Positions 63,449-64,000 of a stretch of DNA of 64,000 bases are shown one piece after another (the stretch's first letter is position 1; every line of letters begins with the position of its first letter). A model generated the notes under the pieces. It saw nothing but the letters and a program-made list of their open reading frames with translations. It was not told the DNA's origin and did not search any database. Made by a program: the position numbers and the translations under genes. The DNA is from Oculina patagonica (Eukaryota): the NCBI RefSeq assembly GCF_052425735.1, contig NC_135763.1, forward strand, positions 31,372,001-31,436,000, written 5' to 3'.

Positions 63449-64000
63449 TGAGAAAGCTCACGGTATTTCCTCGAGCATTATTTTACTTTGCGCGCTATAC
63501 TGTAGGCTAACAACGCAAGCCAAGATATCTTAAATTTAACGGAAAGTTTTTTGCCATACTTTATTAAATACAGATATAACAATAGACAATACAAGATAGC
63601 CTACCATAGTTATATTTACAATACTATCTAATGAAATCAATAATTATATTTAGCAATTTTGTATTTAGCTATGGAACTTATTGCAAGTAGATATAATAAT
63701 CTTAAGTAATTAAAACGTTTGCTCTCACATTAATATCAATATCACTTTTTTGAAACAATATTATTTTTATCAGAATTTACAAAAAATGTTCTGTTTTACA
63801 TTTAGGGTACATTCGTCAATAACTACCATAAAAACCTGTTCAAAGACCTACCACAATAATGAGAAAAGACAAATTAATCTAGGTTTTTAAACCTTAGTTA
63901 ACAACAATATTTAATATTTCTATGGCGGAAATTAACATAGGAATATGATCAATTGTGCCTGGTTACATGAAGTGTACAAAGAAGGCACTCCACCCTCTGT

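Overview
Eukaryotic, intron-rich, AT-rich animal DNA; the repeat families and the downstream gene suggest an anthozoan, probably a stony coral (inference). The window holds the 3' portion of an mTOR gene on the + strand: 56 hand-traced GT-AG exons from 7857 to the TAA stop at 47646, covering HEAT, FAT, FRB, kinase and FATC. The N-terminal ~420 aa lie outside the window. A complete 7-kb Academ (AcademX-type) DNA transposon with an intact 1556-aa ORF, TIRs and a 3-bp TSD sits at 416-7394. A young 5'-truncated APE+RT LINE lies in a (CAGT)n tract between the FRB and kinase exons. The introns are packed with nested MITEs, SINEs and LINE fragments, including odd tRNA-mimic elements with tandem-plus-inverted architecture. 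A convergent PAN/apple-EGF-unknown-domain gene lies at 49859-55488 (-). Past an assembly gap, a fragment of that gene is fused to a second copy of three mTOR kinase exons. That copy has diverged introns and almost only synonymous exon changes, but also an 8-nt frameshift. All coordinates and alignments were done by eye; family names rely on recalled motifs, not searches.
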